Below, one piece after another: positions 1 through 13,120 of a stretch of DNA of 64,000 nucleotides; within the stretch, counting starts at the first letter, position 1; each line of letters opens with the position of its first letter. The DNA is from Scyliorhinus canicula. Its lineage: Eukaryota. The stretch lies in contig NW_024055478.1 of assembly GCF_902713615.1 (NCBI RefSeq), forward strand, positions 740,363 through 804,362. The letters run 5' to 3'. Below the pieces are notes generated by a model. It was not told the origin of the DNA, searched no databases, and saw nothing but the letters and a program-made list of their open reading frames with translations. The translations under genes were made by a program, and so were the position numbers.

Positions 1-337
1 TTGGAGATTCTGTCACTCAACCGGTCTCATCAGATATTAAGAGAGAAGGTGAACTCGTGACTCTAAGATGTACCTATATTACTACATGGAACGGCTACAG
101 GCTGTACTGGTACCGACATCATCCAGACATGGAACTTGTGTTTATCGTGAGGAAAGACCGTGATGGTTCTGAAGATAACGCAGATATATTTAAATGGCGC
201 TTCTATCTGGATCTCCAGGCCTCGAACAAATTCCTCAGTTTGATTAACTCTGATCTGAGCCTGTCGGATGCTGCCGTGTATGACTGCGCGTTCAGACGCA
301 CAGTGAAAGAAACAAGACTCACACCCGTGCAATAAAA
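1..337 (+). CDS. TCR alpha/delta-type V segment, V exon only (leader lies upstream of window); atypical, possibly non-functional
   Basis: Frame from nt 3 reads GDSVTQPVSSDIKREGELVTLRC..LYWYRHHPD..DAAVYDCAFR, with Cys23, Trp41 and Cys104 present but YDC instead of YYC. Heptamer CACAGTG 299-305, 23-bp spacer, degenerate nonamer GCAATAAAA 329-337. Confidence 0.85.
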
Positions 338-835
338 TGTCCCATGAACAGGAGATGTGAGCCCTTGTCGATTGAGGATTGCTTAGCCTCGTGGACAGAT
401 GCAAAGCGAGTTGACAGCCGCTCAAACACACAAAGGGGAAACCAAATTAACCTCAGATAAAACTGCCATCCAAGAGTTTCCTTTAGCAGTAGAGAAAATA
501 ATCTGCAGAATCCAATCGGATAGACAGATAAGGCACATAACGTGACTTCAATCATTCTTCGATGAGGGTTAAGAAGAAAAGCCTTTTATGTTAAGTTGGA
601 CTTTCCCCAAAACATTACAGACACTGAAACCGACGTCATTACTCTCCCCCGCAAATTCCAAAGCAATTTGTGCAGAAAACTGCAAGCGCCCAAGTTTACA
701 CTAGTCCTGCAAATTGTGTATTGCATACCAATAACACGAATAAAAGAGCAGGAAGTATTTGACATAAGCATACAGCAACATCTATTCGTAATTTGAGCGT
801 ACAGAGAATCTCCCAAAATAAAGTCATTTACAAAT

Positions 836-1160
836 GGGGCAGCACGGTAGCATTGCGGATAGCACAATCGCTTCACAGCTTCACAGGTTCGATTCCCGGC
901 TTGGGTCACTGTCTGTCTGCACATCCTCCCCGTGTGTGCGTGGGTTTCCTCCGGGTGCTCCGGTTTCTTCCCACAGTCCAAAGATGTGCAGGTTAGGTGG
1001 ATTGGCCACGCTAAATTGCCCTTGGTGTCCAAAATTGCCCTTAGTGTTGGGTGGGGTTACTGGGCTACTGGGTTATGGGGATAGGGTGGAGGTGTTGACC
1101 TTTCAAGAGCCGGTGCAGACTCGATGGGCCGAATGGCCTTCTTCTGCCCAAATCATGATT
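836..1160 (+). mobile_element. tRNA-derived shark SINE (HE1-like)
   Basis: GGGCAGCACGGTAGC..GGTTCGATTCCCGGCTTGGGTCACTGTCTG..GTGCTCCGGTTTC..CCCACAGTCCAAAGATGTGCAGG; the same sequence recurs more than 20 times in the window. Confidence 0.85.
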
Positions 1161-1164
1161 TGGA

Positions 1165-2110
1165 TTTGGGTTTATTGTCACGTGAACCGAGGTACAGTGA
1201 AAATTATTGTTCTGCGTCCAGACAGATCGTTTCGTATGTGAAAAACATAGGGTATACGAGAGATACACAGTGTAAAAACATAGTTAATGACATCGGGTGA
1301 GGCATGCAGAGTGCAGAGACGATGCGTGGAGAGTCCAGTTCTGTCCATTAAAGGCCATTCAGGAGTCTGGTAACAGCGGGGAGAAGCTGGTTTTGAACCT
1401 GTTCGTGCCCGTTGTAAGACCTTGTATTTCCTGCCCGACGGAAGATGTTGGCAGAGCGAATAACCCGGGGGCAGGGGTCTTTGATTATTCTGCCCACTTT
1501 TCCCAGGCGGCGGGTGGTGTAGGTGGAGTCAGTGGATGGGAGGCGGGTTCTTGTGATGGACTGGGATTTGTTCAGGACTCTATGTAGTTTCTTCCGGACT
1601 TCGGCCGAGCAATAGCCATATGAGGGCGGCGATGCAGCAGATAGGATGCTTTCTATGGTGCAGCTGTAAAAGTTGTTCACAGTCAATGTGGACATGTGGA
1701 ATTTCCTTAGTTTCCTGAAGAAGTAGAGGCGCTGTTGTGCTTTCCTCGTCGTCGAGTCAACGTAAGTGGCCAGACAGAGATTCTAGAGTTTTGATATGAG
1801 TTTGGCTGGGATTATGCTGTTGAAGGCGGACTTTAATGAATAACTACCTTCTTGAAGTAGATGAGAACCTCGTAACTGAGTAGGGAGAGGTGGAGGACGT
1901 CCATGAGTTCACCGTCCAGTTGTCACGTATAGGATCTGAGTGCACGACCATGGACTCAGACAGGATTCGTTACTGTCCGAGGGTTCACTTTCAAGAAGGC
2001 CGATTTGACCTTGAAGGCTGTGACGGTAGGTATAGGTATGTTGGGGCATTTGACAGCGGTTTATTTGTTTCCTGCTCGAAACGAGCACAGAATGCATTGG
2101 GTTAATCGGG
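1165..2110 (-). mobile_element. Degenerate Rex1/Babar-type LINE 3' fragment
   Basis: Minus ORF 1348-1695 (FYSCTIESIL..RKKLHRV..ITRTRLPS..IIKDP..AVTRLLN) resembles the C-terminal RT region of Rex/Babar elements (recognised from memory, not by search). Confidence 0.6.
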
Positions 2111-3786
2111 AAGCGGTTTCATGACCACTTCAGCAAATCAATCAGTAAATCCCATGGCGCTGGGGAATGAGGGCAGTCAATTTTATAATCTCAAGGCACC
2201 ATTTCAGAAATCTGTCAGCATTCTAAAAGTTTGCTTTAATAACAATAATAACAATAATCTTTATTGTCAAAGTACACTACAATTAAGTTACTGTGAAAAG
2301 CCCCTAATCGCCACACTCCGGCGCCTGTTCGGGTGCACAGAGGGAGAATTCAGAATGTCCAATTCACCAAACAAGCATGTCTTTCGGTACTTGTGGGAGG
2401 AAACTGGAGCACCCGGAGGAAACCCACGGGGAGAACGTGCAGACTCCACACAGACAGTGACTGAAGCCTGGAATCGAACCTGGCATCCTGGAGCTGTGAA
2501 GCAACATTTAGTTGATAGGAGATCACTACATTGGTTTTGTACTCTGCTACATTTGCCACCTTCCACTGTAAGTGATGCCCACTGTCTGTATAATCAGCCG
2601 TGCCCTCACTTGAGCTCCAAATATAAATACACCCCACCCCACTCCTCCTCCCCACTGTCCCTTCTGCAGAAAATGTCGCTTAATCAGATAATATCTCTAT
2701 CTCACTGGCGAAGAACAGGAATGTTACTGAAACAGATGTGTTCAATGCACTACATCATTCCCCATCAGACACAATAGCTGTCGTGAGATGAGAAATAGCG
2801 CCACCAGATAGCGTCTCAATACGAATAGGCTTTCAGCAATGCAATGTGACATGATTCTCAGAGACTATATAGGATAACATTAGATTCGAACGTGACACAA
2901 GATAGCACAATCAGTTACAATCAGGATTATCCCAATTGAGATCCAACACATTGCAGACACCATTGGTACCGAATGCATGCACACATACAGTCAACTAAAC
3001 AAAAAGGGGCCCTGAATTTATCATATTGGCGCCAACAACAGTGATGGGCGGTTCAGAATCTATTTTGATCGAAGAGAAAGTTATGACAGTATTGAGAGTA
3101 CTGCCTCATCAGACATTGAAGCGTTTGATAAGCAGTGAGACACGGTGAGACAGTGACTGACCCGGCCAAAACAGTTCCTGCTGCAGATTCCACACAACCA
3201 ATCAGGACATAGCTGCTCTTCTTTCGTGAATATGTTGACATCTTTATAGAGGACCTTTTCACAGCTTTTATCCATCCTGTAAGAACAGGGTCAATCAGGT
3301 GCCCCTCTATATGCTGACGACTTTGTTAAGCAAATGTCGCAGACGCCACACATTCAGTCGGGGAAGGTTCATAGAATTCTCTCCATTGTGTTAATTATTG
3401 TATTTTCCCTCAGGGTCCATACACTCTTTCTGGAAATTGTAGACTGAGTTCGGCTCAGGGCGATCAGATTTCTCCTTTACTCAGTCATGCTGATAAAGGG
3501 GTGCGGCTCCCCTCACTTCTCTCCACCGGGGGCAGAAGAACATCCTTCCCTTCAGACAACTGCTATGTTCACATGTGAAACACCCGGTAAAAGGGCAAGG
3601 AAAAGAATAAATTACCTCCTCCATCAGATCGAAAATATCCGGTTCCAACCAACGCAAGCGCAGCACAACCACGTGACTTAGTCTATAAATTAGCCGACAT
3701 TTCAATATTTTCCGACTCCATTCATTTTCTTATGACGTGATCTGTGTCCCGTTTTCTCACTGAGATTTGATATTTTAATTGCAGTG

Positions 3787-4256
3787 ATGTACTGCATTCT
3801 GCAATTAAATGTATCATCATTTATTCTGGCGATTCTAACGTGTATGTACAGGAGTTGCACCAAATAACTTTCAGCGTTTGTTTTTTAAATGTTATTGTTG
3901 TTCCAGTGATTCATAATCTTATTTTCTTCGCAGGTCGATGTCTCTCGGACCGGGTGCTTCAATCTCCCCCGTGGAAAAGTGTCCAGAGAGGGAATTCCGT
4001 GCGGTTGGACTGCAGCTATGAGGTATCGAACTTTTACGCCATGAATTGGTACAAACAGAAACCCGGTCAGGGACTGGAATGGATTCTAAGGAAAGCAGCG
4101 ACGGGCCGAAGCGGTCGTTTTAAACTGAATCTTTACAGTGACGACAAACGCGGCGAATTACTCATTGAAAACACAGAGAACGCTGATGCCGCTGTTTATT
4201 ACTGTGCGACTGAGCCGCACACTGAGACAAAACCCGACATTCACTGTACAAAAACC
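3787..4256 (+). CDS. TCR alpha/delta-type V segment, apparently functional (DRVLQSP family)
   Basis: Leader exon 3787-3841 (MYCILQLNVSSFILAILT, donor GTATGT). V exon 3934-4217: DRVLQSPPWKSVQRGNSVRLDC..MNWYKQKPGQGLEWIL..DAAVYYCATE. RSS CACACTG 4218-4224, 23 bp, ACAAAAACC 4248-4256. Confidence 0.95.
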
Positions 4257-4589
4257 TCTCTCCGAGTTACAGTTCCGGAACAGCTGCAGCAACGTCTCCA
4301 ATGACACAGGACAGGGGGAAGGCTCAAAGCCAGAATAGCTAACGGAACCTGTGGGCAGGGTTACCGCGGAGAATGTTACTGCAGTGTTTCTCTCTATAAC
4401 TCCCATTAGATAGGCTCTTTGATCAGAGATACCGACGGTTGTAACATAGAACACCAGGGTGCGGAAAGAGGGAGTGTAGTCGCTGCTGTGCAAAAAGCTT
4501 AACTGTGATTATTGTCCAAGTGATAACCGAGACGGTCCCTTTACTGAGAGTTCATTCTATGCCGATAAGCTATTACACAGAACCAAACG

Positions 4590-5120
4590 TAGAAAATAGA
4601 AGCAGTGAGATACCATTAGGCCCTACACGCCTGCTCCACCATTCATTATGATCATGGTTGACGATCAAGTTCAATACCCTGATCCCGCCTTCCCCCCATA
4701 TCAGTTCATCCCATTATCCCCAACAGCTATACTTCATTACTTCTTGAAATTAAACAACGTTTTGTCCCCAACTACTTTCTGTGCAGTAAATTCCACAGAT
4801 TCACCAAGCTCAATCCGAACACATTTACCCTTATCCCCAAACTATGACCCCTAGTTCTTTACTTCCCCACCATCGGGAACATTCTATCTGAATCTACTCT
4901 GACTAATCCTATTATAATTTTTAAACTTTCTATGAAATCTACTCACTCTTCTAAACTTTAATGAATATAATCTTGACTAATTTCGTCTCTCCGCATATGA
5001 AGACCCACCATCTCAGGAATAAGTCTGGTAAACCGTCGCTACACTCCCTACAAAGCAAGAGCATCCTTCCTCAGATAAGAACACCAAAACTGCTCCCAAT
5101 ACTCCAGATGTGGCCTTACA
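4590..5120 (-). mobile_element. CR1-type LINE 3' fragment, degraded
   Basis: Reverse complement matches the CR1 RT C-terminus and 3' UTR seen in the younger copies at 11843-12430 and 23887-25386. Confidence 0.7.
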
Positions 5121-5559
5121 AATAGTTCCCTTTCAGAAGGTGGTGGCGAACTGCCTTCTTGAACTGCTGCAGTCCCTGAGGTGTGTGTACACCCACCGTG
5201 CTGATAGGGGGGGGGGGGGCATTTCCAGTATTTTGACCCAACGACAGCTAAGGAACATCCGATATATTTCCAAGTCAGGGTGGTGGGAGATTTGGGGGGT
5301 GGGGTGAACCTCCACATAGTGGTATTCCAGGCATTTGCTGCTGCAAGGTTCACTGCAGAAGTAGTGGCCCTGGGTTTGCAAAGTGGTACCTAACGAACCT
5401 TCGTGGGTTTCTGCAGTGAACCTTGTAGATATAAAGCAATTCAATTCACCAAGGATCTGCATAACTGCACTAGTAGACGATTCCCTAAACTGCAAAGCAA
5501 CCGACAGACGGAGAATGAAGCAGTATCGTAGTTTACCTATTTACATCATGATGTCATTA

Positions 5560-6930
5560 CCAATCAAAGGGGTTAGGTGTTGTGTTTTGATATGGATACA
5601 TAACTGGTTGGCAGATAAGAAACAAATAGTCGGAATTAACGGCTGTTTCCAAATGGTATGCAGTGACTAGTGGGGTTCTGCAAGGATCGGTGCAACGATC
5701 TCAGCTATTCGCAATATATATTAATGATTTAGATGAGGGAACGAAATATGATATCTCCATATTTGGATATGGAACATGTTGGGTGGAAGGATGAGCTGTC
5801 AGGAGGATGGAGAGACCCATTTGTGTGATTCTAGTTGAGTGGGTTGGCAAATGAATGACAGATGCGATATAATTTGGATGAATGCGAGGTTAACCACTTT
5901 GGTATCAAAAACTGGTCGGCAGATTATTATCGAGTGGCTTAAGTTATGAGATGCGGATGGTCTCGTACACCAGGTGCTGGTGGTAAGCATGCAGGTGCAG
6001 CAGGCGGTAACAAAAACCTCAAATGGTACGTCGACCTTCATAGCGAGAGATTGGAGTATTGGAGCAGGCAATTACATAGGGTATTGGTGAGGCTGCAACT
6101 GAAATATTGTGTGTAGTTATGTTTTTTTTAATCTGAGGAAGGATGTTCTTGCTCAAGAGGGATTGCACAAAAAGTTTACTAGACTGATTCATTGGATGAT
6201 GGGTCTGATGTATTTTTTAAACATAGAATTTACAGTGCAGAAGGAGGCCATTTGGCCCATCGAGTCTGCACCCTACCCCTACTCAAGGTCAACACCTCCA
6301 CCCTATTCCCATAACTCAGTAACCCCACCCAATACTAAGGGCAATCTAAGGGCAATTTATCATGCCAATCCACCTAAACCGCACATCTTTGGACTGTGAG
6401 AGGAAACCGGAGCACCCGGAGGGAACCCACGCACACACGGGGAGGATGTGCAGACTCCGCACAGACAGTGACCCAAGCCGGAATTGAACCTGGGACCCTG
6501 GAGCTGTGAAGCGATTGTGCTATCCACAATGCTACCGTGCTGCCGACTAGAGAGATTGAGTTGGTTAGGATTGTATTCTCTGGAATTCAAAAGAATGAGG
6601 GGGGTCTCATAGAAACTAGACAGACTAGATGCAAGGCGGATGCTTCCGATGGTGTTCAGACCAAGGGACCACAATCTGTGGATTCGGGTAGAACACTTAG
6701 GACAGACATTATGAGAAATATTTTCACCCAGACCGTGGTCACCCTGTGGAATTATTTACCATCTAAATGAGTTGAAGATAAAACATGTCTTCAAGAAGCA
6801 GTTAGATATGGCACTGGGGCGAAGGGGATCAAACGATATTGGCGGAGTAAGGAATAGGATACTGAATTGGGTGTTGAGCCACGATCATAATTATTGGCAC
6901 AATGACCTCCTCCTGTTCCTGTTTATTATG
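5560..6930 (+). mobile_element. Degraded CR1 LINE interrupted by a SINE (~6215-6543, minus strand)
   Basis: WIHNWLADKKQIVGINGCF and FFNLRKDVLAQEGLHKKFTRLI motifs; CR1 sequence resumes after the SINE. Confidence 0.75.
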
Positions 6931-7349
6931 TTTATATGTCTCTATATTTGTTTGTCAGGAATTCGAACCCACTGATAAACATCTATTGTCTTCCTAACTC
7001 CTGCAGCTCAGATATTTTTTGTAAACCAAAAATTCCTTATTTTTTATTTTACGCTTCGGCACTGATAGCAAGGAAAGTATTTGATGCCCATCTCTAACTA
7101 GCCTTTCGCCTGAATGGCTTGCTAGAATATTGCAGAGGGAAGCTTCGAGTCAACGAGATTTATGCGCCTCTGGAGTCAAATGTCCATCCATGATCTGATG
7201 TCACAGTTTCTAGTTACATGCTGTTCAGATTGGACGCACCTGGCTTTATCTTCGGAGAAGAAGGAACAATTTTACATTATTAATTCACAGATTAACAAGG
7301 AATGACAAAGAATTATGAGTTTAAAAAATGGAGACAGGCGATGATTTCT

Positions 7350-8285
7350 ATAAACAACTTAGATGACTATGTGGGGGGTAGTATCAGTAAGTTTGCGGAT
7401 GACACAAAGATAGGCCGGGTGGTTAACAGTGAGGCTCAGAGTGATGGGTGACAGGAAGATATAGACAGGATGGTCAAATGGGAAGAAAGTGGCAGATGGA
7501 ATTTATTCCTGAAAAGTGAGAGATGTTACACTTTGGAAGGAGCAATTTGATAAGGAAATATTCAATGAATGGCGCCACACTGGAAACTCCTGAGATAAAG
7601 AAACCTTGTCATGTTTGTAAATAGATCTCTGAAGGCAGGGGACAGGTTAATAGGGTGCTGAAAAAGGCACATGGTACACTTGCCTTTATCAATCGTGCCA
7701 TAGATTACAAAAGCAAGGATGTAATGTTGGAGTTATATAGAACCTTGGTGAGGCCACAAATGGAGTACTGTGTGCAGTTCTGCTCACCACATTATAGGAA
7801 GGATGTGATTGCACTGGAGGGGGTGCAGAGGCGATTCACCAGGATGTTGCCTGGGTGGAATATTTAAGTTCTGAAGTGAGGTTGGATAGAATTGGGTTAT
7901 TTTCGCTGGAGCAGAGAGTCTGAGGGGGGACCATATTGAGGCGTACAAGATTACGAAGTGCATGGACAAGGTGGTCAGGGAACAGCTGTTCCCCTTAGTT
8001 TAAGGTTTGTTTGCGCGGGGACACAAGTTCAAAGTGAGGGGCGGGATGTTCAGGGGGGATTTGAGGAACAGCCGTTTTTCAGAGAGGGTGGTAGAGGGGG
8101 GTTGCCTCACATCCTTTAAAAAATACCTTCATGAGCACTTCGCATGTCTTAACACTCGAGGCTATGGGCCAAGTGCTGGCAAATGGGATTTGATTGGCAG
8201 ATCAGATGCCTTTAATGAGGCGGTGCGGACTCGATGGGCCAAAGCGCCTTTTCTGCATGTTATTTTTCTGTGATTCTGTGATCTC
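7350..8285 (+). mobile_element. Degraded CR1 LINE fragment
   Basis: ORF 7655-7867 KKAHGTLAFINRAIDYKSKDVMLELYRTLVRPQMEYCVQF..RRFTRMLPG is typical CR1 RT C-terminal sequence. Confidence 0.85.
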
Positions 8286-9433
8286 TGCTGTCCAAGGACA
8301 TGCTCTCCGAGGCGCGAAATATAGGTCATCTCGCCATTGAACAGCTGATCGAACCAATGCCATGCAGTGACAAACGGCAACATTCTTGCGTGTCAGAGCG
8401 AGAACAGCCCCATTTAGGGATCCTGTTTGTTGAACTTGCCCACTCGCTGATTTATTTGTTATCATTTCCATGCATTTTGAGCAGGAAGGGATGTTTACTG
8501 GAAGGACAGATCGACTTTTGAAAGAGCCAGTATCTGGACCGATGCAAAGAGATCGAGTCAACGGTCCCGGATATGCTTGCGGTTCAGAATCCGCACAGTT
8601 AAAGTTCCAGACAGTCTCTCACGCGCCTAAAACGAAGCAGAAACTCTACCTGTCAATGAGAGTCACAGCGATGTTCTCAACAAAATGCATCACTCAACAA
8701 GGAAAGATCAGGAACACTGGCTCAATTGTGTTAGTTAATTTCAACACAACGCGATATTGAAATCAATCTGCATTAGCTGTTGGATCACATGAATTTACTG
8801 TTTTTTTCCTTTTACCTTTTCCGTGCCTGTTTATAACATTGAACAAGCCTATCCCGGGCTCCCCTCTCAGTTTCCTGTAGCCTTTGGCCCATTCACATCT
8901 TTTATTTAAACAGAGTGTGTTCCTGCGTCAGAGACAATGTATACAAAATGAACAGAAGCCACACAATTGTGACGATGATCTTTGAAACAAACCCAAGGGT
9001 AGCCCCAGTGTCCATTGAGCTTCACAACATTTCCTTAGCGCTGGTATAGTTTCTGTTGCCATGAACAATACACGGTTTTCTGATGATAATTTACAGACCA
9101 GGATTAGTAGGATACTGGCTGCAGCAGCGCCCTGCGTGTTTTTCTTTCAACCCATGTCCCAGGTCGCCACCAACTGGCCTCACAGAGCCAGAGAGTCACA
9201 GCGAAGAGAGACGGGAAAATCTGGATGCGCGGCAGCATGTGATTAAAGCCATAGTGCCTTCCAATGTGATTGTCTGATGATCTGTCTGTCATCTTCAATT
9301 CTGCAGTTTGGGTTTTCAGCCGCTCCTGGGAACAGTTTCATTGGCGGTTGGTTTGGTTTCCTCTCGCTTAACCTTGTGGCTGCGTCAGCCTAACAACCGC
9401 GTCAGAAAGGAGCTGCTATCTGCAGTGAAAGAT

Positions 9434-9944
9434 AGTTTTTGTACAGGGCAGAGCCTGTTTCCCATCACTGTGAGTCTCAGAGCGCAGTAATAAACGGCAG
9501 CGTCAGCCAGCTGCAGACCTGAGATGGTTAAACTGGTGAATTTATTGGAGGTCTGGAGCTCGGCAGAGAAACGACTTTTAGCAAAATCTGCTTTATTTTC
9601 ACCACCCCCCGAGCCTTTCCACAATATAAACTCAGGTTGGGAGTCTGCACGCTGCCGGTACCAGTATAAATAGTAACCGCTCGCTGTGGTATCATATCTG
9701 CAGGCAAGAGTCAACTCTTCTCCTTCTGTCTTAACATCCGAGGACAGCGGCTGCGTGACTGAATCTCCATGACTCAGATCTGAAAAATAAAACAGGTTCA
9801 AATCGAAGAAAACATCGGACCCAGGACTGTTGTAAATCCATTTTAAGCCATATGTAAAAAATGAGAGAAAATATGAAATGTGTTTGGTCCACAATTACCT
9901 GTTAGAAGCGATCCGCACACAGCCCAGATGCTGAGTAGCCGCAT
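9434..9944 (-). CDS. TCR alpha/delta-type V segment, apparently functional (GDSVTQP family)
   Basis: Leader 9944-9899 (MRLLSIWAVCGSLLT, donor GTAATT). V exon 9779-9473: GDSVTQPLSSDVKTEGEELTLAC..LYWYRQ..DAAVYYCALRL. RSS CACAGTG 9472-9466, 23 bp, ACAAAAACT 9442-9434. Confidence 0.95.
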
Positions 9945-10471
9945 TGTCGCTGTCAGCTCTGTAAAAAAAGAATTTGGATGTTTAAAGCCTTCTACCCAAA
10001 GCCCCCCCCCCCCCCCCCCCACTATCTGCTGTACTACATCCGGCTGCTCTTACCTCACTTCCTGATGTCCCCAATGGCAGAGTGAACCGGCGGGGTGATG
10101 CTCTGTCTGCCTGTGATGACAGAAAGATAGTGCATTTTTGGGGGTAGAAGTCCGCTTTCAAGAATGGATTGTGTAAATTACACCAGTGTTTATTTTGATT
10201 CGTTCGTGGGATGTGACAGCCGGTGGCTGCACCAACATTTATTGCCCATCCCTGAGGGCATTTAAGAGTCAATCACATTGCTGTGGGCCTGAAGTCACAT
10301 TTAGGACAGACCAGGTAAGGACGGCAGATTTCTTCTCTAAAGGACATTTGAAAATCAGGTGGGTGTGACAATTGACAATGGTTTAATGGTCATCTTCATC
10401 TGCAATGCCGGGATTCGAACTCGGGTAATCAAAGAATGACTCTGGTCCCTAGATTACCAGCCCGGCGACAC

Positions 10472-10815
10472 GGGGCGGCACGGTGGCATAGCGGTTAGCA
10501 CTGCTGCCTCACAGCCCCTGGGGACCAGGTTCCATTCCCGGCTTGGGTCACTGTCTGTGCGGAGCATACACGTCCTCCCCGTGTGTGCGTGGGTTTCCTC
10601 CGGGTTCTCCGGTTTCCTCCCAAAGTGCAAAGATGTGCGGGTTAGGTGGATTCGCTATGCTAAATTGCCCCTTAAGTATCCAAAAGGTTAGGTGGAGTTA
10701 CTGAGTTACGGAGATACATTGGAGTTTTGTGCTTCAATATATGGAGCTTCCAAGGGCAGCTGCAGACTCGATGGGCCAAATGGCCTCTCTTTGCACTGTA
10801 AATTCTATGACTCTA
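10472..10815 (+). mobile_element. tRNA-derived SINE
   Basis: Same family as 836-1160, with an ATTCTATGA-type tail. Confidence 0.8.
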
Positions 10816-11498
10816 TGACAATACCACTACTCCACTTCCTCCTCTTTTCTGTTTTCTGCAACAGTCAAACACGGGATTATTCCTGGTTCTGGTTTCTTCG
10901 GGACCACTCAGTTTCTGACAGTTAGTTACTCCACCAGCCGTGACTAGAGTGAGCTTTCCCTCATGAATCACTGAGCCAATTAGTTCACCATAATTACATA
11001 TTTTTTTGGCTTGGCAGACGACCCAGCAGCCGGTCTTATGACGCAATGGCAGCGTCTCGAGAAACTCCTTATTCAAGTCCAACACGAGGACCTGTTGCCT
11101 CCGGAAGGAGAGCTCACAACGCGGTTCAACGGCTTCATATTTGCTCTGGAATCCTTTGCTAATATTCCCGAAAGAAAAAATGTGTGAACATACGCCTATC
11201 GTTCACTTTAGAGCAACGGCACGAACTGTCACTGCACAAGCAACTGAACATTCTTAAAGAATAAACGTTTCCAACTAATGTAAGCAGGATTTCGTTCAAT
11301 AGCTCCTTCTGTTTAAAATGATTAGTTTAAATCTGGTTCGTTATCCTTTATTCACTGAGCCATGGCCCTCAAATTTTGGATTAGCTTTATGAGTGAATAC
11401 CGTCAGCGCTTGTCAGAAATTCTACATTGCTCTGTTCGAACCACGGGTGCAAAGATCAAAGAGCTGGTTCACAGCGTCTGTGGGACGTATAAAGCAAG

Positions 11499-11627
11499 AG
11501 AAAAGCAAATTACTGCGGATGCTGGAAATTTTGACAAAGAGCCATCGGACTCGAAACATTAGCTCCTTTCTCTCCCTCCAGATGCTACCAGACTTGCTGG
11601 GATTTTCCAGCATTTTCCCTTCTGTCC
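11499..11627. mobile_element. Short inserted element with 15-bp target-site duplication
   Basis: GACGTATAAAGCAAG at 11484-11498 and 11628-11642; internal inverted motif ATGCTGGAAAT / TTTTCCAGCAT. Confidence 0.7.
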
Positions 11628-11842
11628 GACGTATAAAGCAAGTTCTCCTTAATTTAAATTCATCGAAGCGGCCCAGGAAGACCTTTCAGTGCCACGTTCA
11701 ATCTTAGTAGAAATAGAGATGGTGCCCAAACGATAAGAGTGAAATAATTGAGGAACCCCGTCTCAAAGTGGGTTTTCAGTTTCATTCTCACATCCTTTTC
11801 CACATCAGACAAACCTTCTCTCGCTCTCTCTGCGCTTTCATA

Positions 11843-12430
11843 AGAACTAGGAGCAGGAGTAGGCCATCTGGCCCCTCGAGCCTGCTCCGCCATTCAATTA
11901 GATCATGGCTGATCTTTTGTGGACTCAGCTCCACTTTCCGGCCCGAACACCATATCCCTTAATCCCTTTATTCTTCAAAAAACTATCTATCTTTACCTTA
12001 AAAATATGTAATGAAGGAGCCTCAACTGCTTCACTGGGCAAGGAATTCCATAGATTCACAACCCTTTGTGTGAAGAAGTTCCTCCTAAACTCAGTCCTAA
12101 ATCTACTTCCCCTTATTTTGAGGCTATGCCCCCTAGTTCTGCTGTCACCCGCCAGTGGAAACAACCTGCCCGCATCTATCCTATCTATTCCCTTCATAAT
12201 TTTAAATGTTTCTATAAGATCCCCCCTCATCCTTCTAAATTCCAACGAGTACAGTCCCAGTCTACTCAACCTCTCCTCATAATCCAACCCCTCCAGCTCT
12301 GGGATTAACCTAGTGAATCTCCTCTGCACACCCTCCAGTGCCAGTACGTCCTTTCTCAAGTAAGGGGACCAAAACTGAACACAATACTCCAAGTGTGGCC
12401 GCACTAACACCTTATACAGCTGCAACATAA
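11843..12430 (-). mobile_element. Young CR1 LINE 3' end with open RT frame
   Basis: ORF 11925-12737(-) contains VMLQLYKVLVRPHLEYCVQFWSPYLRKDV..RNFFTQRVVNLWNSLP; near-identical to 25085-25380. Confidence 0.95.
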
Positions 12431-12630
12431 CCTCTTCATAACCTTTCACCAATATCAGGCTCAAATCCTTAGATATGCAAATGTTTCTATGATGAGTATT
12501 GCCCTCCCTAACGTTTTCAACCCATTGAGGTAAGTTGAGTTCAACCATTAAACCTACGTTTGTTTCAAAATGCATGGGGTCGCAATGAGCTTGCAGCAGG
12601 TGCTGTGATCCATGAGTGATATTGTGATCT

Positions 12631-12646
12631 GACGCCCTCTGGTGGA
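12631..12646 (-). promoter_or_regulatory. CTCF-like motif
   Basis: Minus strand TCCACCAGAGGGCGTC closely matches the vertebrate CTCF core CCAC/GC/TAGA/GG/TGGCG. Confidence 0.55.
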
Positions 12647-13120
12647 CATTGGATAAATGTTCTGATGTTGGCGGACAGAAGAGGCGAGAATCCGTGGTTA
12701 CTTGTCCGTTGGACTTGATTGTGTCGGTTTGTGGCATGCTGGATTCTTGCCGGTCTGAATAAATATGCCGGGCATAAAATTGGATTTTAAATCGTTAACC
12801 TACGTTTTGGAAGAAGGAAAGTAAAACGATTGTGGGTGAAACGTAGAAACTGGCGACGGGAACGGACAATAGGGGGAAATAAATTGAAATACAGAGAGAC
12901 AATTAAGATTCCACAGCTGCATTTGTGAAGATTATTTTTAATATATTGCGAATTCAAATATCAAGTATTATAGTTCTGCGAGTGAACCTCAACAGCTATT
13001 GTTGCGTTTTGTGCTTATTGCGGTTCGAGAAAGACTCCTCTGGCTCTCACGCCGCAGATTGAATTATTGCTTCTGTTTACCAGTGTGCGACGCCCTCTGC
13101 TGCCCAGTAACTGGAATTGT

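Noticed and set aside
586-1268. Recurrent ORFs with GFPPGAPVSSHSPKMCRLGGLA
   Set aside because: SINE body translated by chance, at many positions.
8470-9260. CACAGCG heptamer-like sites and GYWLQQRP
   Set aside because: No nonamer at the right distance and no V framework.
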